A model generated the notes under the pieces. The model did no database searches. It was not told the origin of the DNA and saw nothing but the letters and a program-made list of their open reading frames with translations. The position numbers and the translations under genes were made by a program. Source: Escherichia phage phiWec179. Taken from it: DNA of 64,000 bases. Positions 37,181 to 47,315 of this stretch are shown here, in pieces. Position 1 is the first letter of the stretch, and every line of letters starts with the position of its first letter. Location: sequence record LC739533.1. One strand, written 5' to 3'.

Positions 37181-37230
37181 AGCAAAACGTTGGGGGAGGT
37201 GAGATTCCCCCTTTATAAAAGGAGAAAATT

Positions 37231-37641
37231 ATGTCATTAGTAAACACTACCACTTGGGCTACCGTGAGCATGTCTACCGTTAAGTCTACCCCGATCTGGA
37301 AGCAAGAGTCAGAAAAATACCGTGGTCATATTCCTCACGATCGTCACGCAGATGTACTTCGTGCCGCTCTGGTGTTCCTTGGTATGAACGAAGATGGCAA
37401 CTTCTCTGTTGAACGTAATGTTAACATTCGTAGTAACAACGACAACAGTTTGGTTTATATCAACACAACTCTTTATACTTTTGCTGTTAAAGAAAGCTGT
37501 CCTTTCAAACATATCTACCAAAAGAATGATATTTTTCATTACGGAGATGAAGAGTTTGGCGGTTGGGGTGTGACCCACACAAAAATGGATGATTTCGGTA
37601 ATTCCTATGATCCTGCGAGAGCAGAAGATAATTCACTTTAA
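37231..37641 (+). CDS. Hypothetical protein
   Basis: 136 aa; RBS AAAAGGAG. Confidence 0.45.
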   Translation: MSLVNTTTWATVSMSTVKSTPIWKQESEKYRGHIPHDRHADVLRAALVFLGMNEDGNFSVERNVNIRSNNDNSLVYINTTLYTFAVKESCPFKHIYQKNDIFHYGDEEFGGWGVTHTKMDDFGNSYDPARAEDNSL

Positions 37642-37651
37642 GAGAGGGATA

Positions 37652-37897
37652 ATGACCGATAATAAATACGAAGGCTGTGAGATTGAAGTTTACTTTGATG
37701 AGACAGTAGGCTGTAATGTTACAGTTATTTTAGATACTTCCAAACGCTTATCACCAAAACGACAGGAAGCAGATCGCAAAGCTAAAGCGAAAGGTTTCCA
37801 TGATATAAATCATTTTGAAGGGTTCCTTTATGCGAACGGGCTGTTTAACGAAATGAAATTTGGATACGATGTAGACGTGCTTGGGATTCATAGTTAA
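37652..37897 (+). CDS. Hypothetical protein
   Basis: Start moved to ATG 37652 after RBS AGAGGGA. Confidence 0.4.
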   Translation: MTDNKYEGCEIEVYFDETVGCNVTVILDTSKRLSPKRQEADRKAKAKGFHDINHFEGFLYANGLFNEMKFGYDVDVLGIHS

Positions 37898-37911
37898 TAT
37901 AGGGAGGAGAA

Positions 37912-40152
37912 GTGATTCGATACGTTACTAAATCAAATGGTAAGACAGAAGAGTTCAATCCTGAAAAACTGCGTAAATGGTCTGAATTTGCAGCAGGGAA
38001 ACTGAACTGGTCGGAAATTGAATTAGAAGCTGTGAAACGTTGTTACGATGGTGTGTCTACTCGTGATTTACATAAAGCTATGATCGCTGCGTGTATTGAT
38101 AAGAAGACTCAAGCGTACAGTGATATGGCAGGTCGATTGCTTCTCGGTATGATTTACAAACAGGCTCACGGGGGATACCACAGTATCCCTTCCCTGTACA
38201 CTTTCTACCAAGATATGGTGAAGCGTGGACATTGGGCCAAGATGGACTATACCGAAGAAGAAATCAAAGAGATTGGTAAGATTGTCAAACATAACAAGAA
38301 TCTAACCTACGGTTATTCTGTTCTTCGTCAGATGGCGGATAAATACTTGGTTCGTGATGCTGTGAATGATGTTGTTCACGAGTCACCGCAATTCCTGTTT
38401 ATTGGTGTGGCAATGCGTGTTATGGAGATCCAGCCTAAAGATCGTCGTATCAACGATATCAAAAAGCTGTACACATACGTAAGTGATCTTCAGATTAACT
38501 TACCATCTCCTTATCTGACAACGTTACGTACTCCGATCAAAGGTAGCGCGTCTTGTTGTTTATTCCGTGCAGACGATACAGCAGAGTCTTTGGCTATTGC
38601 AAACTATCTGGCACACGAATATACGTTGAATAATGCAGGGATTGGTGTTAACCTCCAAACTCGTGCAACTGGACAGGGTGTTAAGAACAACCGTATCGTT
38701 CATGGTGGTCTTCTCCCTTACCTCAAGTGGATGGAAGATAGCGTAGGAGCTTCTAAACAAGCGAGTCGTGGAGGTAGTGCAACGGTTACGTTCACAATCT
38801 TGGAGCCAGATTTTGAAGATCTGATTCGACTGAAGAACCCAACCACTCCGATCGATAAGCGTGTTGATAAGCTGGATTACTCTGTTGTTGTAAACCGCTC
38901 CTTCCTTCGCCGTGCGGCTAAAGGTGAAGAGTGGATGCTTGTGAGCTGTGACGAAGCACCGGAACTTTACGAAGCATTGTACAAAAGTGAAGAAGAGTTC
39001 GATGCGGTCTACGATAAAGTTAGTCGCCGTCGCATCAAAAAGAAAATTGTTAAGGCTCGTGACCTGTTGACTGAAATCATTGTTCAACGTGCAGAAACTG
39101 GACGTATTTATATGTTCTTCGCTGACAACGTAAACAATCACAGTCCTTTCCTGGATACTGTGTATCAGTCAAACTTATGTCAGGAGATCTTTTTACCTAC
39201 TAAAGCGTTCCATAAAATGACGGATCTCTTTACTGGTGAAAACACAGAAGATCAAGAATTGGCTTTATGCTTCTTGTCCTCTATTGTTGCTGGGCGCGTT
39301 ACGCCGGAGCAATATGAAGATGTTGCGTATTATACTGTATTGACGATTGATAACGTTATTGAGACGATGGAATATCCGTTCAAACATAACGAGATCACAG
39401 CTAAGGCTCGCCGCTCTATCGGCGTAGGTATTACAAACCTTGCACATTACTTGGCAAGCAACTTTGTAACCTATTCTGATCCTTATGCGAAGAAGCTGAT
39501 GCATGAATTAGCAGAACGTCATTACTTCTGGTTGGCACAAGCCTCTCTGCGCTTGGCGAAAGAGAAAGGTAATGCCGAGTGGATGGATAAAACTAAGTGG
39601 CCTCAAGGTTGGCTCCCTATTGACACCTACGCTAAAGCAGTAGATACTATTGGGGACTTTGAACTGAAGCTGGATTGGGAAGGCTTACGTGCTGGTATCA
39701 TTGAACAAGGTGGTATCCGTAACAGTGTGCTTGCAGCAGTGGCCCCGAACGAATCAAGTAGCTTGGTGAGTAATACGACCAACTCACTCTACCCTGTACG
39801 TGACACGATCATGTACAAACAGAGTCAGAAAGGTAACGTACTGTTTATCGTACCAGATTACGAAAAACTGAAAATGTTCTATCAGTCGGCGTGGGATACC
39901 CCGTCTAAAGATATTGCCGAGATGTATGGACTCTTCACTAAGTTTACGGATCAGGGTATCTCCTGTGATGCTTGGTTAGATTATTCCAAAATGGAAGGTG
40001 GACGTTTATCAGTGAAAGCCGAGATGCAATTTATCTTAACATTTGCAAAGCTTGGTGGTAAATCTCTTTACTACCTGAACAGCCGAACCAAATCAGCGGA
40101 ATCTATGGCCCAAGAAGATTCTGATGGTGGTTGTGAAGCTTGTAAAATGTAG
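37912..40152 (+). CDS. nrdA: Ribonucleoside-diphosphate reductase alpha subunit (class I)
   Basis: 746 aa; N-terminal ATP-cone (IRYVTKSNGKTEEFNPEKL), paired with adjacent R2; GTG start after GGGAGGAG RBS. Confidence 0.85.
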   Translation: MIRYVTKSNGKTEEFNPEKLRKWSEFAAGKLNWSEIELEAVKRCYDGVSTRDLHKAMIAACIDKKTQAYSDMAGRLLLGMIYKQAHGGYHSIPSLYTFYQDMVKRGHWAKMDYTEEEIKEIGKIVKHNKNLTYGYSVLRQMADKYLVRDAVNDVVHESPQFLFIGVAMRVMEIQPKDRRINDIKKLYTYVSDLQINLPSPYLTTLRTPIKGSASCCLFRADDTAESLAIANYLAHEYTLNNAGIGVNLQTRATGQGVKNNRIVHGGLLPYLKWMEDSVGASKQASRGGSATVTFTILEPDFEDLIRLKNPTTPIDKRVDKLDYSVVVNRSFLRRAAKGEEWMLVSCDEAPELYEALYKSEEEFDAVYDKVSRRRIKKKIVKARDLLTEIIVQRAETGRIYMFFADNVNNHSPFLDTVYQSNLCQEIFLPTKAFHKMTDLFTGENTEDQELALCFLSSIVAGRVTPEQYEDVAYYTVLTIDNVIETMEYPFKHNEITAKARRSIGVGITNLAHYLASNFVTYSDPYAKKLMHELAERHYFWLAQASLRLAKEKGNAEWMDKTKWPQGWLPIDTYAKAVDTIGDFELKLDWEGLRAGIIEQGGIRNSVLAAVAPNESSSLVSNTTNSLYPVRDTIMYKQSQKGNVLFIVPDYEKLKMFYQSAWDTPSKDIAEMYGLFTKFTDQGISCDAWLDYSKMEGGRLSVKAEMQFILTFAKLGGKSLYYLNSRTKSAESMAQEDSDGGCEACKM

Positions 40153-40157
40153 CAATA

Positions 40158-40181
40158 CAGGGGCTTCGGCCCCTTTTTTAT
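40158..40181 (+). terminator. Rho-independent terminator after nrdA
   Basis: AGGGGC-TTCG-GCCCCT followed by TTTTTT. Confidence 0.65.
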
Positions 40182-40193
40182 TGAGGAGCGATT

Positions 40194-40532
40194 ATGAGCA
40201 CACTTATAGTTTTACCTGGAGTAACCCCAATCTACCGACCTGGGTTTAAGCCTCTGTTGCTTTGCCCTGAAGATTTCACCCCTACTTGGTGTCACCATTA
40301 TCTTGGTGGACGTGAAATAGCTAACATGCAGATTTGGGAATCTTTTTATCCAGAAGCCACGGCTTACGCAATAACAAGAGCAAGAAGTGAAGAAACAGTG
40401 ACTGTTATACTTGGTAGAAGCGTATGGGAAGCATTAGAAGGTTTCTACCGGAGTAATGGTTTTGAGGAACAAGATATTTTAAACTTAAAAGGTTTTTGTG
40501 AAATAGTGGAGGATTTAAATGGCAGCAATTAA
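40194..40532 (+). CDS. Hypothetical protein between nrdA and nrdB
   Basis: 112 aa; RBS GGAG. Confidence 0.45.
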   Translation: MSTLIVLPGVTPIYRPGFKPLLLCPEDFTPTWCHHYLGGREIANMQIWESFYPEATAYAITRARSEETVTVILGRSVWEALEGFYRSNGFEEQDILNLKGFCEIVEDLNGSN

Positions 40533-41604
40533 TTTACATAATGAGACTTACAAAACAGGTAAATATCCGGTATTCATGGGTGAGCAATTGGGGATCTTTG
40601 ACTCAATTAATGTGACGTATCCTGAAATGCACCGTCTGTATAAACTTCAGAAAGCCCAAGATTGGGATGAGAATGAAGTGGATCTTAGTCAGACCCGTAA
40701 AGACTTTGTAGCGTGTTCAAAAAACAACTACGATGTTATGATCAAGAACTTGTCGTTCCAGTGGGAGAATGATTCTCTGGCAAAATCCATCATCACTTTG
40801 TTCTCTCCGTTTTTGAGCAACAATGAAGCATGTGCTATGATGATGAAGCAGAGTGAGATGGAAGTGCTTCACGCTCTAACTTACTCGGAGATTGTTCGCC
40901 AGTGTACTCCAAACCCTGTAGAAGTTATTGATCAGATTATGGAGAACGACAAGATCTTCAACCGTATGGGTATCATTGCAGAGATCATGGGAGAGTTGGA
41001 AGAAGCAGGTCACAAATATGCACTTGGTCTGATTGAAGCTGATGATAAACTACGTTTGCTGGTCATGAAAGGTCTGGTAGCCCTGATTGGTCTGGAAGGT
41101 ATCCAGTTTATCTCTTCTTTCTCGGCAACGTTCGCCTTGGCAGAACAGCAACTGTTTGTAGGTGCTTGTAAGCTGATTCAGAAAATCATGTTGGATGAAA
41201 TCCTGCATGTTAAAATGGACTATGCTGTCATTGATGCTCTGATGCAAGATCCTGTGTGGAAGAAGATCTACGAAGATAACATCGAAGAACTTACAACTAT
41301 TCTGGATACAGTTATCGCTCAAGAAGAGCAGTGGTGTGATTATCTGTTTAGCGAAGGACGTTTTATCGTTGGGCTGAATGCTGAACTGTCCCGTCAATGG
41401 GTGTACTTCAATGCGGCTCCAATTTATCGTCGTTTGAAGATGAAGCACAGCTTTAAATCTCCTAAACAGAACCCACTACCTTGGATGGACATTTGGTTAA
41501 ACCCAGATCAGATTCAAGCAGCGGCGCAAGAGATCCAAGTTACAGCTTACAAACTGAACTCGGCTAACAAAGATGTTTCTGATGATATGGAGTTTGACTT
41601 CTAA
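40519..41604 (+). CDS. nrdB: Ribonucleoside-diphosphate reductase beta subunit
   Basis: 361 aa, helical di-iron R2-like (EVLHALTYSEI), paired with nrdA. Confidence 0.8.
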   Translation: MAAINLHNETYKTGKYPVFMGEQLGIFDSINVTYPEMHRLYKLQKAQDWDENEVDLSQTRKDFVACSKNNYDVMIKNLSFQWENDSLAKSIITLFSPFLSNNEACAMMMKQSEMEVLHALTYSEIVRQCTPNPVEVIDQIMENDKIFNRMGIIAEIMGELEEAGHKYALGLIEADDKLRLLVMKGLVALIGLEGIQFISSFSATFALAEQQLFVGACKLIQKIMLDEILHVKMDYAVIDALMQDPVWKKIYEDNIEELTTILDTVIAQEEQWCDYLFSEGRFIVGLNAELSRQWVYFNAAPIYRRLKMKHSFKSPKQNPLPWMDIWLNPDQIQAAAQEIQVTAYKLNSANKDVSDDMEFDF

Positions 41605-41822
41605 TGAAACTTAAATGTGTAGGATTGATCGACACATTCAAAGACGTATTTGACAAAGGGGCTTCCTATGAAGCCTCGGAGTTAAAGAACGGTTTTTGTG
41701 ATGTGCATGGTAAACGTCTTAAGAAAAACGGAGAACCTTGGCTTGGTGTTATGTCTTGTGGTCATATTGTGGTTAACGGTGTTGCAAAGTTTGAAATCGT
41801 AAAGGAGGAAGATAATGAGTGA
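41604..41822 (+). CDS. Hypothetical protein
   Basis: 72 aa; ATGA overlap with nrdB stop. Confidence 0.4.
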   Translation: MKLKCVGLIDTFKDVFDKGASYEASELKNGFCDVHGKRLKKNGEPWLGVMSCGHIVVNGVAKFEIVKEEDNE

Positions 41823-41958
41823 GTTTAGTTTTTGCCCTATTTGTGGTGGTACAGGTAATGCCTTAATTAGTGCGGAGCAGTACAGCCCGTGTTGGCATTG
41901 TTCTGGTAGTGGTTTGGTAGTTGAAGAAAACAAAGAGGAGGAAAAAGATGGGGATTGA
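41815..41958 (+). CDS. Zinc-ribbon small protein (47 aa)
   Basis: CPICGGTG ... CWHCSGSG (DnaJ-like CxxCxGxG pairs); RBS AAGGAGGA; below ORF-track cutoff. Confidence 0.4.
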   Translation: MSEFSFCPICGGTGNALISAEQYSPCWHCSGSGLVVEENKEEEKDGD

Positions 41959-42274
41959 TATCGAATGGAAGATGGTGCAAGGCGCACCATATAAGAAATG
42001 GGAAGAAGTGTTTAAAGGCGATCCGCAGATTGAGGATCAATTCGATGGGGATTTCAACTGGTTTCTTTACGAAGGTATTGGGTTAGTGAGTGTCTCCCCG
42101 TGGTTTGATGCAGATCCTGAAGATTGTGTCTTTGGTATTGAACTTGCGTCAGGATGCAGCGCACGGGCAATAGATCTCACAAGCTTGGATAAAAAAGCAA
42201 ACGAGATCTATTTTGAACTGCTTAATAAGTATAATATTGAGACTGAAACGTTAGTATCACAAAACGTTTGGTAA
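41948..42274 (+). CDS. Hypothetical protein
   Basis: Start at ATG 41948 after RBS AGGAGGA. Confidence 0.4.
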   Translation: MGIDIEWKMVQGAPYKKWEEVFKGDPQIEDQFDGDFNWFLYEGIGLVSVSPWFDADPEDCVFGIELASGCSARAIDLTSLDKKANEIYFELLNKYNIETETLVSQNVW

Positions 42275-42283
42275 GGAGAACTA

Positions 42284-43276
42284 ATGCGCTATCTGGTAAC
42301 AGGTGGTCTTGGTTTTATTGGGAGCGCCGTTGTGCGCTCTCTTTGTCAAGATCCTAATAACGAAGTTTTTGTCATTGATAAAATGGGCTACGCAGCCGAT
42401 ATTGAAAATGTAGGGGATATCACTCACGCCAAACTAAGCATGACGGATTTGGCAAACGAAGCACAGGTCAAAAGTTTGGTGGTAGAATGCAACCCTGATT
42501 TCATTATTCACTTAGCGGCAGAGAGTCATGTGGACAACTCTATCAAAAATCCACGAGCTTTCATCGACTCCAATATCATCGGTACATATAATTTACTGGA
42601 AGCTGCGAGACTACTCCCAAGGAATAAGCTGAAGATGTTTGTACACGTCTCCACAGACGAAGTGTACGGCGATATGGCAGACTCTGGCGCTCCCTTTACC
42701 GAAGAGACAGCATATACTCCTTCAAGCCCGTACAGCGCGTCCAAGGCGGCTTCTGATCATCTTGTGAAAGCTTGGCACCGTACTTATGACTTGCCTGTAG
42801 TGATAACTAATTGCTCCAATAATTTTGGACCTTACCAATACCCTGAAAAATTGATTCCAAAAGTAATCACAAGCATCTTGACGAACAAAGAAATCCCAGT
42901 GTATGGTAAAGGTGATCAGGTACGAGACTGGCTTTTTGTTGAGGACCATGCACGAGCTATTCTTCAGGTAGCTTCTGGCGGCGAACCTGGACAAACTTAC
43001 AACGTAGGTACACGTAATCCTAAAACCAATATGGAGATCATCTATATGATTTGTGATTACATGGATGCCGTACACCCGCAAAGTGGAACCTACCCCTCTT
43101 CAAGTTTAATAACTTTTGTTGAAGATCGTAAAGGACATGACTTGCATTATGAAATCAACCCTGCTAAGATTGAATCTGAACTGGGTTGGAGTGCAAACTC
43201 CACATTTGAACAAGACCTTTACTCTACGATAGAGTGGTATTTAAACAACCCTCAATGGTGGAGAGAAAAGATTTAA
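42284..43276 (+). CDS. rmlB: dTDP-glucose 4,6-dehydratase
   Basis: TGGLGFIGS Rossmann motif, [10 protein letters not shown] (YxxxK) catalytic motif. Confidence 0.85.
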   Translation: MRYLVTGGLGFIGSAVVRSLCQDPNNEVFVIDKMGYAADIENVGDITHAKLSMTDLANEAQVKSLVVECNPDFIIHLAAESHVDNSIKNPRAFIDSNIIGTYNLLEAARLLPRNKLKMFVHVSTDEVYGDMADSGAPFTEETAYTPSSPYSASKAASDHLVKAWHRTYDLPVVITNCSNNFGPYQYPEKLIPKVITSILTNKEIPVYGKGDQVRDWLFVEDHARAILQVASGGEPGQTYNVGTRNPKTNMEIIYMICDYMDAVHPQSGTYPSSSLITFVEDRKGHDLHYEINPAKIESELGWSANSTFEQDLYSTIEWYLNNPQWWREKI

Positions 43277-43284
43277 GGAGGGTT

Positions 43285-44163
43285 ATGAAAGGTATTATTT
43301 TGGCTGGAGGAAGTGGAACCCGCCTACATCCAGTAACACGCAGTGTGAGCAAGCAATTGCTCCCTGTGTATGACAAACCTATGATTTATTATCCTTTATC
43401 AGTCTTGATGTTGGCAGATATTAAGGATATCTTAATCATCACAACCCCAGGCGATCAGGAAGATTTTGAGTATCTTCTTGGAGATGGATCTATGTTTGGG
43501 ATAAAGATCACTTACGCAATGCAGTCTGAACCACGAGGTCTTGCAGATGCTTTCATCATTGGTAAAGATTTCATTGGGGAAGATTCTGTTGCCCTTATTT
43601 TAGGGGATAACTTGTTCTTCGGACAAAGTTTCGGAAAACTTCTTATCCAAGCCAGCGAAATGGTGGATGTTTGGGGTGGAGCTTGTATCTTCGGGTATCT
43701 GGTGAAAGATCCTGAACGATTCGGTGTTGTTGAGTTTGGAAGTAATCGCCAAGCTATCTCTATTGAAGAGAAACCGGAACATCCTAAATCAGACTATGCT
43801 GTCACGGGTTTGTATTTCTATGACAACTCTGTTGTTCAACGTGCATTGGAAGTAACCCCTTCCGAGCGTGGAGAACTGGAGATCACAGATATCAATCGCA
43901 GCTACCTCGAAGACAGGAAGTTACAAGTTGAAGTTCTTGGAAGAGGATTCACTTGGTTGGATACAGGGACACACGCCAGTCTAATGGAAGCAGGTCAATT
44001 CGTGCAGACTATTGAGAACTGCCAAGGATTGAAGATTGCGTGCCTGGAAGAGATCGCTTTCAAAAAAGGGTGGATTTCTTTAGAGACTTTGGTGTATCAT
44101 GGCAACTCATTGAAGAAAACAGAGTACGGGCAATATTTGTTAAAATTAGCGGAGGGTAAATGA
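43285..44163 (+). CDS. rmlA: Glucose-1-phosphate thymidylyltransferase
   Basis: [17 protein letters not shown] signature; start set to ATG 43285 after RBS AAGGAGGG. Confidence 0.85.
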   Translation: MKGIILAGGSGTRLHPVTRSVSKQLLPVYDKPMIYYPLSVLMLADIKDILIITTPGDQEDFEYLLGDGSMFGIKITYAMQSEPRGLADAFIIGKDFIGEDSVALILGDNLFFGQSFGKLLIQASEMVDVWGGACIFGYLVKDPERFGVVEFGSNRQAISIEEKPEHPKSDYAVTGLYFYDNSVVQRALEVTPSERGELEITDINRSYLEDRKLQVEVLGRGFTWLDTGTHASLMEAGQFVQTIENCQGLKIACLEEIAFKKGWISLETLVYHGNSLKKTEYGQYLLKLAEGK

Positions 44164-44720
44164 AAATAAAAGAATTAAGTATTCCTGGTCTGGTTGTCTT
44201 TAAACCTCAAGTTTACAAAGATGATCGTGGTTACTTCACGGAGACGTTTAACGAGAAGATTTACGAAGAGGTTATTGGCAAACAAACGTTTGTTCAGGAT
44301 AACCATTCATTCTCTACTTTAGGTGTTCTTCGCGGAATGCACTTTCAAGTAAACAATCCGCAAGGTAAGCTTGTACGTTGCACACGAGGTGAAGTTTTTG
44401 ACGTGGCTGTAGATCTTCGTGAAGGTAGTCCAACCTTCGGACAATGGGAAGGTGTGATTCTTAGTGGGCGTAACAATAAACAGTTTTGGATTCCACCTGG
44501 CTTTGCACATGGTTTTGTTGTAACCTCTTATGAAGCCAACTTTGAATACAAGTGCACCAACTACTACGATCCGGCATCTGAACGTAGTTTGTTGTGGAAC
44601 GATCCTACTGTGAATATTGATTGGGGTTTTGATATGATTTTCAATGATGAGAATTTTGTACCTATCATTTCGGAAAAGGATGCACAAGCTAAAACACTGA
44701 AGGAGCTTATGGAATCATGA
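44160..44720 (+). CDS. rmlC: dTDP-4-dehydrorhamnose 3,5-epimerase
   Basis: Cupin-type RmlC pattern ([11 protein letters not shown] ... GMHFQ ... [10 protein letters not shown]). Confidence 0.85.
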   Translation: MKIKELSIPGLVVFKPQVYKDDRGYFTETFNEKIYEEVIGKQTFVQDNHSFSTLGVLRGMHFQVNNPQGKLVRCTRGEVFDVAVDLREGSPTFGQWEGVILSGRNNKQFWIPPGFAHGFVVTSYEANFEYKCTNYYDPASERSLLWNDPTVNIDWGFDMIFNDENFVPIISEKDAQAKTLKELMES

Positions 44721-45559
44721 AAACATATTTAGTATTGGGTGGTAATGGTCAATTAGGTCAGGCACTGCGTAAAGTGGTGCCGGAGAATGTGACTTTGGTG
44801 TATCCAGAAAAGCGTGTAGATATCACCAGTTTCGAAGCTGTAAGAAAAGCGATCATGGACACCCCAAATATTAACGGTGTTATCAACTGTGCGGCATACA
44901 CTGCGGTGGACAAAGCAGAGACAGATGTTGATGCAGCTATGGCTGTAAATTTACACGGGGCAGCTAATATTGCTGCCTTCTGTAAGGCTTGGGATATTGA
45001 CATGGTGCATATTTCTACTGACTATGTGTTCAACAGCGATAAACCGTTGTTCCATCAGGATGAACCCAACCCTATCAATGTTTACGGGTTATCTAAAAGT
45101 TTGGGTGAAGCTGCTGTTCGTGGTATCTACCATAAAGCTTTTATTATCCGCACGGCTTCTGTGTATAGCGAGTTTGGTAACAACTTCCTGAAGACTATGG
45201 TGTCTCGTTACAACGATGGTCAAAGAGACTTCTCGGTAGTTGCAGATCAAACATCTCGACCAACTTATGCCCCAGATTTGGCTAAGATGATTTTCCAAGT
45301 GTTGGAAACAGGATATAACACCCGTACTTTGCATTACGCTGGGAACATCACTGTTTCGTGGCACCAGTTCGCAAAAATGATATTGACACGTATGCCTGAA
45401 TCTGTTATTATACACCCGACCTCTGCTGCAACCTATAATTCGGCAGCGATGCGACCAGCAAAGTCTATACTAATTACGTCTGGTTGGAACGAACCTTCAA
45501 GCGTCGGACAAGGTATTGAAGAATCTTTAGCAGTATTACTTAATAAGGAGAGAGCATGA
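44717..45559 (+). CDS. rmlD: dTDP-4-dehydrorhamnose reductase
   Basis: LVLGGNGQLG Rossmann motif; ATGA-coupled to rmlC. Confidence 0.8.
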   Translation: MKTYLVLGGNGQLGQALRKVVPENVTLVYPEKRVDITSFEAVRKAIMDTPNINGVINCAAYTAVDKAETDVDAAMAVNLHGAANIAAFCKAWDIDMVHISTDYVFNSDKPLFHQDEPNPINVYGLSKSLGEAAVRGIYHKAFIIRTASVYSEFGNNFLKTMVSRYNDGQRDFSVVADQTSRPTYAPDLAKMIFQVLETGYNTRTLHYAGNITVSWHQFAKMILTRMPESVIIHPTSAATYNSAAMRPAKSILITSGWNEPSSVGQGIEESLAVLLNKERA

Positions 45560-45816
45560 ATTTTGTAATTTACGGCAAACCAAATTGCCAGTTCTGTGAA
45601 ATGTCCAAACAACTCTTAACTATGCGTGAAAAAGAGTTTGAATATCTGACATTAGATCAGGACTATGATTTTGAAGTGATGACTCAAGCAGTGATCGCAG
45701 CAACAGGAATTGCACCTCGCACCTTCCCGCAGATTTTTGTGGAAGAGCTTGGAGCAGTAACCCACGTAGGCGGTTTTACCGAACTGCGTGATTTCATGGC
45801 TCAAATTGCGGAGTAA
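45556..45816 (+). CDS. Glutaredoxin / NrdH-like redoxin
   Basis: 86 aa with N-terminal C-Q-F-C active-site motif. Confidence 0.6.
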   Translation: MNFVIYGKPNCQFCEMSKQLLTMREKEFEYLTLDQDYDFEVMTQAVIAATGIAPRTFPQIFVEELGAVTHVGGFTELRDFMAQIAE

Positions 45817-45821
45817 TATAA

Positions 45822-45971
45822 ATGAAAAGTAAACAGAAACGTAAGATCTTTTCTCGTGCTTTAGCAAACGAGCTTAAGTCCAACACAAAGAAGACGAAAC
45901 CGAAACGTGAGACTTCTCCTGAACATTTACTGTTTGACGAACTGGATCACGGAGTAGAGGACGACGAATAA
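45822..45971 (+). CDS. Small basic protein (49 aa)
   Basis: Lys/Arg-rich ORF with plausible start; below ORF-track cutoff. Confidence 0.3.
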   Translation: MKSKQKRKIFSRALANELKSNTKKTKPKRETSPEHLLFDELDHGVEDDE

Positions 45972-45979
45972 AGGAAAAC

Positions 45980-46483
45980 ATGGCTAAAAAAGTAGTAGAT
46001 GAGTTTGACATGTTGGCTGTTGATGAAGGACTGAAGCTGACTGTTTACCCAGACACCTTGGGATATTGGACAGTCGGCATTGGACACCTCTTAACTAAAA
46101 AGAAAGATAAGGCGGAAGCTATTCGTATTCTGGATGCTCTTGTTGGTCGCAAGACTAACGGAGTTATCACAGAGAAAGAAGCCCGTGCTATCTTTGCTGA
46201 CGATGTTGAAAAGGCGAAAAAACAGATTAAAAACAGTTCCATTCTTGCCCCAATTTATGATAAGGTGAGTGAAACCCGTAAACTGGCAATCATCAATATG
46301 GTGTTCCAGTTGGGGTTAACAGGAACGGAAGGCTTTAAAAATAGCTTGACTTTAATCAGTAATTCGTACTATACTCAAGCTGGTAAAAACATGAGAGCCA
46401 GTAAATGGTACTCTCAAACGCCAAACCGTGCAGAACGAGTAATCAAGGTTCTAACATCTGGGACTCTTGATTCTTACAACTAA
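45980..46483 (+). CDS. Endolysin, T4 lysozyme-like (GH24)
   Basis: Collinear with T4 lysozyme: DEGLKLTVYPDTLGYWTVGIGHLLTK ... NMVFQLG ... WYSQTPNRAERV. Confidence 0.85.
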   Translation: MAKKVVDEFDMLAVDEGLKLTVYPDTLGYWTVGIGHLLTKKKDKAEAIRILDALVGRKTNGVITEKEARAIFADDVEKAKKQIKNSSILAPIYDKVSETRKLAIINMVFQLGLTGTEGFKNSLTLISNSYYTQAGKNMRASKWYSQTPNRAERVIKVLTSGTLDSYN

Positions 46484-46485
46484 CA

Positions 46486-46506
46486 AAGGGGCGCAAGCCC
46501 CTTCTA
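46486..46506 (+). terminator. Hairpin, weak terminator
   Basis: GGGGC-GCAA-GCCCC followed by TTCT. Confidence 0.35.
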
Positions 46507-46520
46507 TAAGGAGTGCTACT

Positions 46521-47276
46521 ATGGGAAAAACAGCTACCGCTAAATCACCGCGCCAGAAGTTAGCTTCTAATGCGAAAGTAGAAAGTCGTTATGCTGCAAA
46601 AGCAGTTGGAAATGATGACTATCGTTTAGATGGGTTTTCACCAGAAGGAGATCAGCAGCAAATCGTTCAAAGTATGATCTGGAATGATCTTACAGTCGTA
46701 AATGCTCCAGCAGGGACAGGCAAGACTTCCGTGACTTTATGGAAAGCTTTGCAGATGCTTCGAGCAGGAGATTTCCGTAAGCTTCTTTTTATTAAAAACC
46801 CGACTGAAGTTGGTGATGATCAGATTGGTTTCCTTTCAGGAGATAAAACTGATAAACTGGCGGCGCACTACGAATCAACCAAACGAATCTTCCAGCAGTT
46901 TATGACTGCAAACAAATTAGAGAATGATATTGGTTCCGGTAAGATTGAACTTAATATCCCGAACTACCTACTGGGTGCTACCCTGGACAACACTATTGTG
47001 ATCATTGATGAAGCACAGCTTATGTCTCCAGAAACATTAAAACTTCTGGTAGAGCGTGCAGGGATCAACACTCATGTTGTTGTTCTTGGAGATGTTCGTC
47101 AAACCTACGCTATCAAGAAGCGTGCAAACGGTTTGAAAGATCTTCTTGACAAAGTTGCCCCTGAAGGTGAAGATGGTGTTCGTGTCCCTCTGGTAGACTT
47201 TATCGGTTATGTGCAGTTAACCACAGATGACAACAAACGATCTCGTTTGTCTAAGTTCATCACGGAAATTTATTAA
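46521..47276 (+). CDS. phoH: PhoH-like ATPase
   Basis: Walker A GTGKT, Walker B VIIDEAQ; start moved to ATG 46521. Confidence 0.75.
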   Translation: MGKTATAKSPRQKLASNAKVESRYAAKAVGNDDYRLDGFSPEGDQQQIVQSMIWNDLTVVNAPAGTGKTSVTLWKALQMLRAGDFRKLLFIKNPTEVGDDQIGFLSGDKTDKLAAHYESTKRIFQQFMTANKLENDIGSGKIELNIPNYLLGATLDNTIVIIDEAQLMSPETLKLLVERAGINTHVVVLGDVRQTYAIKKRANGLKDLLDKVAPEGEDGVRVPLVDFIGYVQLTTDDNKRSRLSKFITEIY

Positions 47277-47315
47277 TAACAAAAAAGCAAGGATGCTTTA
47301 TTAAAGGGAGGGTCG

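Noticed and set aside
38560-39141. 193-aa minus-strand ORF inside nrdA
   Set aside because: Entirely antisense to the conserved RNR alpha gene; no start context.
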